Part shown: one piece after another, positions 1 through 7,811 of the stretch
Layout: every line of letters starts with the position of its first letter
Position numbering within the stretch: the first letter of the stretch is position 1
Position numbers and translations under genes: made by a program
The notes under the pieces: generated by a model
Seen by the model: the letters and a program-made list of their open reading frames with translations, nothing else
Database searches by the model: none
Told to the model about the DNA's origin: nothing
Virus record (IMG/VR): IMGVR_UViG_3300027566_000018
Coordinates: 1-35,687 of that record
Reading direction: 5' to 3' (one strand)
Length of the DNA stretch: 35,687 nucleotides
Source: a virus

Positions 1-2019
1 CGCGACCTGCCGGTCCGCGACGACCTGCCGGTCCCATCGACCCCCGACGACGTGATCGGGCTGGAGCGCGGCCACGGCCGCGAGTACTACCTCTCCCAGC
101 GACTCATCGGCCACTGCGCATTGATCCGAAAACGCGAGATGGAACGGAAAGCGGACGACCCCCGGGCGGCTGCCGAGGCGCATCTCTCGAAGGAGATCGC
201 GATCGCGATCGAACGGGAGTACCCCGTGGCCTCCGTGATCGAGTATCTGATCGACTCCTCGCAGCCGATCCCCGCCGACGAGGTCCGGGAGATCGTGAGC
301 CGGCGGTACGCCGAGGCGGAGATCGAACGGGAGCGCCGCGAGGCTCAGATCCAGGCCGACCTGGAGGCGATGCAGGCCGCCATCGATGCGGTCGACGTCG
401 AGGAGAAGCGGAAGGAGCTCGAGCAGATGCTCCGCGCTCACGCCCGGTCGAACTTCCTCCACAAGAAGGCGACCCCGCAGGAGGTCCTCGCCAGTGCAGG
501 GGTCTACAACACCGGGTACGCGTACGCGCTCGACACGGGCTCGCTGATGACGCTCGTGGCCGAGGAGTACGAGCGCGTCCGGAAGACGCGGCTGCCGGTC
601 ACGAAGCTGTCGAAGCACGAGGACCACTACACCGAGATGGGGCTCGCCGAACGGTTCGTCGCGGCCCACTGGGAGGAGGTCCTCTTCTGCCACCAGATGA
701 AGACCTGGCTCATCTGGGACAAGCGGGTCTGGGTGCCGGACCGGACCGATGCGATCCGGATCCGGGCGAAGGCGACGGCCCGCCGGCTCTACGCTGAGGT
801 CTCGCAGATCGAGGACGACCAGGTCAAGCGCGCCCTCCTGCAGTTTGCGAAGAAGGCCGAGTCGGCCAGAACCCTAACAGCCATGCTCGAGCTCGCCCGG
901 TCGGAGGTTCCGATCTCGGTCGAGGAGTTGGATATGGATTCGAATTTGTTCAACGTCAGAAACGGAACGATCGAACTCGACGAGGTTCGATTCAGAGAGC
1001 ACCGCCCCGAGGACTATCTGACCAAGATGGCCGATGTCGACTTTGATGAAAAGGCCGAGTGTCCGCTCTGGCTCGCCCACCTCGATCGCATCTTCGCCGG
1101 GGACCGGGAGGCGATCGACGGGTTTCAGCAGATGTGTGGGTACACCCTGCTCGCCGACAACCCGGCCGAGGTCTTCTTCATCCTCTACGGCACCGGCGCC
1201 AATGGCAAGAGCAAGACGCTCGAGATCCTCTCGACCATCTGGGGGGCCTACTCGAAGAGCGCGGACTCCTCGAAGACGCTGCTCAAGCGCCGGCACGCCG
1301 ACGGCCCGAAGACGGAGCTCGCGGACCTGGTCGGAGCCCGGCTGGTGACGACTTCGGAGAGCGCCGAAGGGGCCCGGCTCGACGAAGAGGCGGTCAAGGC
1401 GATCACCGGTCGCGACCGCATCAAGGTGCGCCGGCTCTACGAACGCGAGTTCGAGTACGTGCCGGGCTACAAGATCTGGTATGCCACGAACCACCGCCCC
1501 GTAGTGTCGACCGACCCCTCGATCTGGAGGCGGATATGGCTCGTACCGTTCACGGTCACCATCCCCCCGGAGGAACGCGACGAGGCGATCGCAGAGAGGC
1601 TGCTCGCCGAGCGGAGCGGGATCCTCAACTGGTGCCTTGCCGGCTTGAAGGCCTACCACGATGCCGGGTCCCGATTGGTCCGACCATCGACATTTGCCGT
1701 AGCTACCGAGGAGTACCGGCTCAACGCCGATGCGGTTTCAAGGTTCCTGGACGAGGAGTGCATCATCACCGGCAACCAGAACGATCGCGAGGTCAGGAGC
1801 GATCTCTATGCCGCGTACAAGTCGTTTGTGAAAGATAACGGTGGATCGATCGTCTCCGCGGAGAAGTTCTCGGCCGTACTCAAGGATCGGGGGGTCGTCG
1901 GGGACCCGAAGCGTGCCAGGCTGATCAACGCGAAGGGGGAAACAGAATTCGTCCGGTACTGGCTTGGAATCAAGTACAAGACCAACGACGAGCGCCGTTT
2001 GGAATGGGGGGGGATCTAG
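1..2019 (+). CDS. P4/D5-family primase-associated SF3 helicase, 5'-truncated
   Basis: Frame 1 is open from base 1 (RDLPVRDDLP...). It has the D5_N-like segment (FVAAHWEEVLFCHQMKTWLIWD), Walker A GTGANGKSKT, Walker B region LVTTSE, VKAITGRDRIKVRRLY and WRRIWLVPF. Confidence 0.92.
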   Translation, partial: RDLPVRDDLPVPSTPDDVIGLERGHGREYYLSQRLIGHCALIRKREMERKADDPRAAAEAHLSKEIAIAIEREYPVASVIEYLIDSSQPIPADEVREIVSRRYAEAEIERERREAQIQADLEAMQAAIDAVDVEEKRKELEQMLRAHARSNFLHKKATPQEVLASAGVYNTGYAYALDTGSLMTLVAEEYERVRKTRLPVTKLSKHEDHYTEMGLAERFVAAHWEEVLFCHQMKTWLIWDKRVWVPDRTDAIRIRAKATARRLYAEVSQIEDDQVKRALLQFAKKAESARTLTAMLELARSEVPISVEELDMDSNLFNVRNGTIELDEVRFREHRPEDYLTKMADVDFDEKAECPLWLAHLDRIFAGDREAIDGFQQMCGYTLLADNPAEVFFILYGTGANGKSKTLEILSTIWGAYSKSADSSKTLLKRRHADGPKTELADLVGARLVTTSESAEGARLDEEAVKAITGRDRIKVRRLYEREFEYVPGYKIWYATNHRPVVSTDPSIWRRIWLVPFTVTIPPEERDEAIAERLLAERSGILNWCLAGLKAYHDAGSRLVRPSTFAVATEEYRLNADAVSRFLDEECIITGNQNDREVRSDLYAAYKSFVKDNGGSIVSAEKFSAVLKDRGVVGDPKRARLINAKGETEFVRYWLGIKYKTNDERRLEWGGI

Positions 2020-2021
2020 GT

Positions 2022-2117
2022 GTGCCACGTTGCCGGTCGGATCCGGAAACTTTTCCCTTGTCAACTATCCTTGCGTAGGGGGTTTCCCGTACTTGGCACA
2101 ACCTGGCACCCTGGCAC
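2022..2117. repeat. TGGCAC hexamer cluster after the helicase (possible origin iterons)
   Basis: TGGCAC at 2094, 2104 and 2112, with an inverted copy GTGCCA at 2022. Confidence 0.3.
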
Positions 2118-2198
2118 GGGCCTGGATCTGCTCTCTGCGACTCCTCTTTTCGGACTCTCCTGCCTCACGTCGACCGTCGAAAATCGTACTATCAGAAG

Positions 2199-2597
2199 GT
2201 GACTCAGATGGACAAAACCTGCACAGGACCTGACACGAGTAACGCTGTTAACAACGCACTCGACAAGGCCGAGATCGTTCGCATCCTCGGGACCATCCTC
2301 GAAGATGTCAACATCGACGAGAACCTCGATGTGTATCACGGCCTGGGTGAACTTATCTCCGCGATCGAGTCCGGCGACTTCGACCTGTCGACTGAGGCCC
2401 TGGTCTCCGCGTTGGTGATGAGGGCAGACGTCGAGGCCGGGCTCGAGGTCGCAGCCGACTGCGAGGGCATTGGGACAGTGTATGCCAACCCCAACGACGG
2501 CATCCGCATCAGGGTCGCGGTCGGGGCGCATCGGTTCCGCCCGTTCTGGAATGCAATCAGATCCGGCGATCTCGTCCCGATGGAGGCGAGCAAGTGA
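2199..2597 (+). CDS. Hypothetical protein with BC1881-like segment
   Basis: 132-aa ORF coupled to the next gene; contains DLSTEALVSALVMRADV...VYANPNDGIRIRV. Confidence 0.7.
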   Translation: MTQMDKTCTGPDTSNAVNNALDKAEIVRILGTILEDVNIDENLDVYHGLGELISAIESGDFDLSTEALVSALVMRADVEAGLEVAADCEGIGTVYANPNDGIRIRVAVGAHRFRPFWNAIRSGDLVPMEASK

Positions 2598-2725
2598 CCG
2601 CCCCGCTCGAAGACGTCCCGATCCCCGTCCTCAAGGCCGAGCTCCAGCGCCGGCAGGTCTCGCCTGTCGACCGGCTCGAGCCCGAGGAGTGCCCGGAGGA
2701 GTGGAAGACAGGAGGAGACGAATGA
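2594..2725 (+). CDS. 43-aa small protein (not in ORF track)
   Basis: GTG overlaps the upstream TGA and its TGA overlaps the downstream ATG. Translation: MTAPLEDVPIPVLKAELQRRQVSPVDRLEPEECPEEWKTGGDE. Confidence 0.7.
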   Translation: MTAPLEDVPIPVLKAELQRRQVSPVDRLEPEECPEEWKTGGDE

Positions 2726-2919
2726 AGCTCGGACTGAAGGGCTATTCCCGCTCCGCGCTCCTCGCCGAGCTCCTGACCCGGCCGGGCGTCCAGTCCCGCG
2801 CGTTCACCGCTGGCGAAAAGATCCGGGTCGAGACCCGCAAGACCGAAGGCGGGCAGACCTACCCTGTCGACATCTGGCACGAAGACGGCCCGGCCGTCCT
2901 GCTGAAGGTGATCCCTTGA
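2722..2919 (+). CDS. BC1881-family-like small protein (65 aa)
   Basis: GGAGG RBS at 2711-2715. Sequence LKGYSRSALLAELLTRPGV...GPAVLLKVIP resembles the BC1881 pattern as I recall it. Confidence 0.6.
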   Translation: MKLGLKGYSRSALLAELLTRPGVQSRAFTAGEKIRVETRKTEGGQTYPVDIWHEDGPAVLLKVIP

Positions 2920-4565
2920 CCGGAACCATCACCATCGCCCCGGTCGGCAACGACGCCCCGGCCGACGTCCGGCTCGACGGCAAGACCGACATGGCCGTGC
3001 TCGCGAAGTACTGGACTGTCGCCGGCGCGAACGTCCACATGCTTTCTGGAAAAGTCAACCTCAACGGCGGCTCATCTGGCGACCCGTCCGGGGGCGGCTA
3101 CCTCCGGCCCGGCAAAGGGGCAACGATCACCGGCGAGCCCGGCACCGTCCTCGAGGCCAGGTCGTCAATCGTCCGCATCACCATCGACAAGCCCGGCGTC
3201 ACCCTGAAGCAACTCGTCTTCGAGGGCCGGGCCCATCTCCAGTGGTTCGATACGGGCGGCGACTTCGTCGGGGAAGACCTCACCGTCGACCAGGACGACC
3301 AGTTCGGAAACTATGACGACTGGAAGGCGTTCGCGGAGTCGCAGCCGTCGTATGCGAAGCCCAACACCTACTATGACCTGAAGCGGAACTGCACGGCCGC
3401 GTTCCTCTTCTATGCGAAGCCCGGCAAGACCCTCAAGAAAGTGACCCTCCGCCGGTGCTGGGCCGTCCGGTCGTATCACCACGGCTTCTCGTGCCATACC
3501 TACGGCGCGCAGGAGGGCGGCACGTTTGCGGACTTCCTCTGGGAAGACTGCGAGGCGATCTCGTGCGGGTCCGGCCTCCTCTCGCCTCGCGACTGGAGCT
3601 GCGGGTTCCTGGTGGATACGGGCAACATCATTCGCATGACGTGGCGCCGGCTCCTCGCCGTGGACACGTACCAGAGCGGGGGCCACACCGACGGATCGTG
3701 GACGGGGCATCGGCAGGACGTCGAAGACTTCGTCATCGAGGACTTTGTCGCGATCGACTGCGGCCGACGATGCAGCCCGGCCGAGGTCGAGCGGTTCTGT
3801 TGCGGGATCTATGTCCAGTCGGCGCAGCTCATCAACTGCCGCACCGAACGCTGCGCCCTCGCCGGCATCGGGATCAAGAATGAGAAGCCAAACTCGCTGG
3901 TAGTGCGCGGCTGCCGCGACACGGGCTCGAAGTACGGGATGATCGCCGAGTATGCCTGCAACGGCGCCAAGATCCAGTTCACGAGCGACGGGGCGAAGGT
4001 CAGAGCCTTCCAGGGCCAGGTGACGGGCTCGGGCACGCTCGACCTGACCGTGATCAATCCCCCGCCTGAGCCGGCCATCCTCTTCGGCCGGACGGCACGC
4101 ATCGACTACTTCGACTGCCCCGGGCACGCGGCACAGGTCCGCGACAAGTACGACGTGCTCAAGTACACCCTGATCGGCGGGAACATCATCATCTCGGGCG
4201 AGGATGTCCCGACGTATGAGGTCTGGGGGGACAGCGTCCTCAAGGGCCTCCCGTCATACGCCCCGCTGGACGACGAGCCCGAGAACCCCCCGGTCGACAT
4301 CCCGAACCCGATCCCATCCGGGAGCCTCTACGTCGAGGACGGCGAGTGGATCTGGTTCCAGCCTCCCGAGGGCCGGCCCGAGCAGTTCCGGATCAACGGC
4401 ACCGCGCAGACGATCCCCCCTGCCTACCTGCAGGCCGGCGGCGTCACCCTCCGTGCGGTCTACGGCCAGGTTAGGGTCTCTGCGACCGGCCTCCCCGAGC
4501 TCGCACTCGGTTTCCTCCCCGACCTGGTGCGACAGTTCTATGGCGATGTGAAGGGGGTGGTCTGA
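2916..4565 (+). CDS. Right-handed parallel beta-helix (pectin-lyase-like) protein
   Basis: 549 aa, TTG start overlapping the upstream stop. Periodic beta-coil motifs (ATITGEPGTVL, VTLKQLVFEG, VTLRRC, FLWEDCEAISCG, FVIEDFVAIDCG, LINCRTERC). No signal peptide. Confidence 0.65.
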   Translation: MTGTITIAPVGNDAPADVRLDGKTDMAVLAKYWTVAGANVHMLSGKVNLNGGSSGDPSGGGYLRPGKGATITGEPGTVLEARSSIVRITIDKPGVTLKQLVFEGRAHLQWFDTGGDFVGEDLTVDQDDQFGNYDDWKAFAESQPSYAKPNTYYDLKRNCTAAFLFYAKPGKTLKKVTLRRCWAVRSYHHGFSCHTYGAQEGGTFADFLWEDCEAISCGSGLLSPRDWSCGFLVDTGNIIRMTWRRLLAVDTYQSGGHTDGSWTGHRQDVEDFVIEDFVAIDCGRRCSPAEVERFCCGIYVQSAQLINCRTERCALAGIGIKNEKPNSLVVRGCRDTGSKYGMIAEYACNGAKIQFTSDGAKVRAFQGQVTGSGTLDLTVINPPPEPAILFGRTARIDYFDCPGHAAQVRDKYDVLKYTLIGGNIIISGEDVPTYEVWGDSVLKGLPSYAPLDDEPENPPVDIPNPIPSGSLYVEDGEWIWFQPPEGRPEQFRINGTAQTIPPAYLQAGGVTLRAVYGQVRVSATGLPELALGFLPDLVRQFYGDVKGVV

Positions 4566-4825
4566 TGCCATACATATCGCCCGATGAGAGGGAGAGAATT
4601 GACGCGGGTCGCGGGCCCGAGACCCCTGGTCAGCTGAACTACGTCGTCTCCCGGTTGATCGACGAATACCTGGCGCGCAAGGGGCCGATCCGGTATGGCC
4701 ATGTGAACGAGGTGGTCGGGGTTCTCGAATGCGCAAAGCTCGAACTCTACCGCAGGATCGCAGCCCCGTATGAGGACCGGAAACTCGCCGAAAACGGGGA
4801 CGTTTACGAGGTGGCGCCCCGATGA
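4565..4825 (+). CDS. DUF6899-like conserved phage protein
   Basis: MPYI...GQLNYV...Y..VNEVVGVLECAKLELYRRIAAPYEDRK..ENGDVY signature. Confidence 0.75.
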   Translation: MPYISPDERERIDAGRGPETPGQLNYVVSRLIDEYLARKGPIRYGHVNEVVGVLECAKLELYRRIAAPYEDRKLAENGDVYEVAPR

Positions 4826-5343
4826 AACTCCTTTACCTCGCCGGCCCGTTCAGCGCGCCGGAGGGCGACCCCGACCCCCTGCATACCATCGAGCAGAACA
4901 TCCTCGCGGCCTCTCGGATCGCCCTCGAGGCCGCCCGCGCCGGCTGGATGCCTATCACGCCGCACAAGAATTCTGCCGGGTTCCAGCACTGTCCGGACAT
5001 CCCTGCCGTGTTCTGGTACGACGGCGACCTCGAGCTCATGAAGCGATGCGACGCGGTCCTAATGCTGCCGGGCTGGAGAGAGTCGAAGGGCGCGGCCGTC
5101 GAGCGAGCCGTGGCCGTCGCGCACGGGATCCCGGTCAGCGAATATGAGCGAGGGGGCATACCGGCCCCCGGGCAGACCGTCTATCCCCGGGCGCCGATCC
5201 AATTTATCAAGATTGACAAGCCCGTCGGCGACGACGTTGCCTATGCAGAGAAGGTCTTGCGGGAATGGGGGATAGATCCCGATCCCAAGCCCCGTTCAAA
5301 CATGAAGGTCGTCGACAGCAACGGCGAGGGGGTAGAGCTATGA
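4822..5343 (+). CDS. DUF4406/DUF1937 nucleoside-2-deoxyribosyltransferase-like protein
   Basis: YLAGPF...NI..A...A...G..PITPH...W...DL.LMKRCDAVLMLPGWRESKGAAVERAVA...GIPV. Confidence 0.8.
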   Translation: MKLLYLAGPFSAPEGDPDPLHTIEQNILAASRIALEAARAGWMPITPHKNSAGFQHCPDIPAVFWYDGDLELMKRCDAVLMLPGWRESKGAAVERAVAVAHGIPVSEYERGGIPAPGQTVYPRAPIQFIKIDKPVGDDVAYAEKVLREWGIDPDPKPRSNMKVVDSNGEGVEL

Positions 5344-5894
5344 TCCCCGGAATCCCGGACGGCCTCCTCGATCCCAACCCGGCAGACAACCCGGCCCGGG
5401 CCGGCACTCGCGCAGCCTTCCGCAGCGGCGAGATCTGGGTCGAGTTCGAGAACATTCCCAGCCGGCACCTGGCCCGCCTCGAAGCCCCCCCCGCCTTCGA
5501 CGGCGAGGCCCTGCGCGGGATCTTCCGCCTGGTCCAGCCGATCTATACCTCCCTCCCGGACGGCCAGGGGGCCGGCATGGAGGTCTTCAAGGTCACCACC
5601 AGGAAGCCGATCCTCTCGGCCTGGTCCTCCCTCTCCCTCACCGAGGCGGGGCCGGTCTTCGTCACCCAGCAGAACCTCCTCCCGTATGTCTTCGAGGAGA
5701 ACACCATCCACCCGCTCGGGATCCCGCTCGCCCTAAACCGCACAAAGACCACTCGAAAGTTCGACGCTGATCGCGTGATCTGGTATCTCCGAGCACAGCG
5801 GGACGACGAGAGCGCCGAGAAGGTCCAGACCATACGCGAGACCCTCGACGGAGTCCTCGCGTCCCTCAACACCACGGAGTATGATATACGATGA
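5340..5894 (+). CDS. Hypothetical protein, paralogue A (DADRVIW family)
   Basis: ATG at 5340 overlaps the upstream TGA. Aligns by eye with 12694..13224. Confidence 0.75.
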   Translation: MIPGIPDGLLDPNPADNPARAGTRAAFRSGEIWVEFENIPSRHLARLEAPPAFDGEALRGIFRLVQPIYTSLPDGQGAGMEVFKVTTRKPILSAWSSLSLTEAGPVFVTQQNLLPYVFEENTIHPLGIPLALNRTKTTRKFDADRVIWYLRAQRDDESAEKVQTIRETLDGVLASLNTTEYDIR

Positions 5895-6193
5895 CCGCGG
5901 CTGCCGGCAACTCACAGCAGTACGCCACGACCGAGGACCGAATCGAAGAGTGGGGCCGGCATGTCCACATCCACCACACCCTCAAGGCGGCGACCGTGCA
6001 CAAGCGGGTCGAGATCCTAAAACGAGTGGTCCGAGAGGGAGGCGGCGAGGCCGGCCTGTACTCGGACGACCCGCAGAAGGTTGGCCTCCGCCTCCACGGC
6101 GGAAGGCGCCACGGCCGGCAGGAGACGGCCCTCGTCCGCGAGGTCGTCTCCGTTCTGACCGATTTCAGAGGTTGGGCCTCAAGGGCCCACTAA
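5891..6193 (+). CDS. Hypothetical 100-aa protein (weakly resembles an integrase N-terminal SAM-like domain)
   Basis: Coupled ATGA start; IEEWGRHVHIHHTLKAATVHKRVEILKRV helical pattern. Confidence 0.5.
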   Translation: MTAAAGNSQQYATTEDRIEEWGRHVHIHHTLKAATVHKRVEILKRVVREGGGEAGLYSDDPQKVGLRLHGGRRHGRQETALVREVVSVLTDFRGWASRAH

Positions 6194-6505
6194 CCCTCCT
6201 CCAACGAGGGAGGACCAGAAGATAAGCAGGAACCAAGGCCAGAGCAGCTGCACAACCTGAATCAGCTGTGCGACGTCTGCCAACCTGGATATCCGCGTCC
6301 ACCATCGTCCTTTCGACAATAAATTATGGTCCTTCTGCGTTTCAGAAGGCACATTATTTATGTAATAATTGTTAACGGTTACCTGACCCAGGTAATAGTT
6401 CGTTTCGACCTTTTTGCAGAAGGTCGGGCAATGCGAACTCGGAAAATAATACGAGTTGATTATATTCCGATTATCTATTGGTATGTGGGCCATAAAAACA
6501 CCCAT
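6179..6505 (-). CDS. Possible AT-rich antisense membrane protein (moron-like)
   Basis: 108-aa ORF in an AT-rich island. C-terminal hydrophobic helix (LIQVVQLLWPWFLLIFWSSLV). Minus-strand TTTAAAGA lies about 20 nt before the ATG. Confidence 0.4.
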   Translation of the reverse strand: MGVFMAHIPIDNRNIINSYYFPSSHCPTFCKKVETNYYLGQVTVNNYYINNVPSETQKDHNLLSKGRWWTRISRLADVAQLIQVVQLLWPWFLLIFWSSLVGGGLVGP

Positions 6506-6540
6506 ATATAATTGACTTCGCTTCTTTAAATACTTAATTA
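6505..6540. promoter_or_regulatory. Overlapping divergent archaeal TATA boxes
   Basis: Plus-strand TTTAAATA at 6525-6532 matches the archaeal TTTA(A/T)ATA consensus; the same TTTAAA reads TTTAAAGA on the minus strand. Confidence 0.55.
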
Positions 6541-6594
6541 CCTTTACGATAAGTCAACGATGGCTTTTTCCATACGTCGTATCTTACCCTTGTA

Positions 6595-6837
6595 ATGTCA
6601 GAGTTCGACACTCTTTTGGAGATCGCACTCCTCGCGATCGGCATCGTTGGCGGATACGCCGCGTTCAAGTGGGCCGCGATGGTCAACGTCATCAAGACGT
6701 TCCTCCTTGCGATCCAGGCCATCCGCGCTGCAAAGGCCGACCAGGTCGTCACCGACGCCGAGAAGATCGCCATCGCCGACGCCGCCCTGATCTTCGAGGC
6801 CGCCATCTCGACCTGCATCACCACCGTTCGGCGGTGA
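6595..6837 (+). CDS. Small membrane protein (holin-like)
   Basis: 80 aa with N-terminal TM helix (LLEIALLAIGIVGGYAAF), an amphipathic segment and a basic C-terminus; first gene after the promoter. Confidence 0.6.
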   Translation: MSEFDTLLEIALLAIGIVGGYAAFKWAAMVNVIKTFLLAIQAIRAAKADQVVTDAEKIAIADAALIFEAAISTCITTVRR

Positions 6838-6840
6838 GAC

Positions 6841-6966
6841 ATGGCCGCCGGTTGGAGTTGGGAAAACCTGCCGACCCCTCCGGGCCGGTATGGCCCCGAG
6901 TTCGAGGAGCGCGCGCCGCCCCGACCACCGACGCCGGCCGGTGAACCTGTGGGGCTGACTGACTGA
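6841..6966 (+). CDS. 41-aa Pro-rich small protein (not in ORF track)
   Basis: MAAGWSWENLPTPPGRYGPEFEERAPPRPPTPAGEPVGLTD; its stop overlaps the next ATG (TGATG). Confidence 0.55.
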   Translation: MAAGWSWENLPTPPGRYGPEFEERAPPRPPTPAGEPVGLTD

Positions 6967-7196
6967 TGGCCGCCGGAGATCCCGAGACCTTCAGCCTCCC
7001 GTCGACCGAGCGATTCGTCGCGCCGGCCGACCCCCTCGACGCGCTTGTCCAGGTCGCGGAGCTCAAGACCGCAGTCTCGCGGAACACACTAACCCTCGCC
7101 CGCATCGAGGACAAACTCGATCAGATCCTCGCGGAGCTGCAGGCGCGGCCGAACACCTATCCTGAGGCAGAGTATGGATTCCCCGGACCACGATGA
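6966..7196 (+). CDS. Hypothetical coiled-coil protein (76 aa)
   Basis: Coupled start; heptad segment LKTAVSRNTLTLARIEDKLDQILAEL. Confidence 0.65.
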   Translation: MAAGDPETFSLPSTERFVAPADPLDALVQVAELKTAVSRNTLTLARIEDKLDQILAELQARPNTYPEAEYGFPGPR

Positions 7197-7250
7197 CGAG
7201 ACAATCCCGCTCGCGGCCCTTGACCGTGGGCTGAAAGCCTGGCTCGAGTC

Positions 7251-7811
7251 ATGCCCGTAGACCCTGCAGACCTCGCCCGGGAGTACGAAGCCGGCGCCGG
7301 CCTCCGCCCGCTCTCGAAGAAATACCACATTCCGTATGCCAAGGTCCGCGAGCTCCTCGTCGAGGCCGGCGCCACCATCCGGTCGCCGAACGGCGGCACG
7401 TCGAAGGAGCAGCAGATCAGCTCGATCGAGCGCGATGCCCGGGTCCGGGCGGTCCTCCGGATGATCGTCGTCGACGGAGCCGCAGACCGACAGGACGTCT
7501 ACGCCCTGGCGACGGATCCCGAGGGCCCGTATCGGTGGGAGGTCGTGATCGAGACCATCGACGGCTACCTCTCCGACGCCCGGGCCCTGCTCCGCGATCG
7601 GACTGCGGCCGAGATCGAGGATCTCCGCGCTCTCCTGGTCGCACGGCTCGAGCTGCTCTGGCAGGAAGCCCCTGACACGAAGACGAAGCTCGAGGTGGTC
7701 CGCGAGCGCGGCAAACTCGGGGGCGCCTACCCGGCGACGAAGATGGAGCACACCGGCACCCTGACCTGGGCGGAGCTGATCCAGAGTGCGAGCGAAGGAT
7801 CCGACGACTGA
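7251..7811 (+). CDS. terS: Terminase small subunit (putative)
   Basis: Immediately upstream of terL. N-terminal HTH (LAREYEAGAGLRPLSKKYHIPYAKVRELL), helical oligomerisation region, C-terminal KMEHTG. Confidence 0.75.
   Translation: MPVDPADLAREYEAGAGLRPLSKKYHIPYAKVRELLVEAGATIRSPNGGTSKEQQISSIERDARVRAVLRMIVVDGAADRQDVYALATDPEGPYRWEVVIETIDGYLSDARALLRDRTAAEIEDLRALLVARLELLWQEAPDTKTKLEVVRERGKLGGAYPATKMEHTGTLTWAELIQSASEGSDD

Noticed and set aside
1-33. Direct repeat GACCTGCCGGTC twice at the window start
   Set aside because: In-frame DLPV peptide duplication in a linker; too short, and truncated by the window edge, to call an att or terminal repeat.
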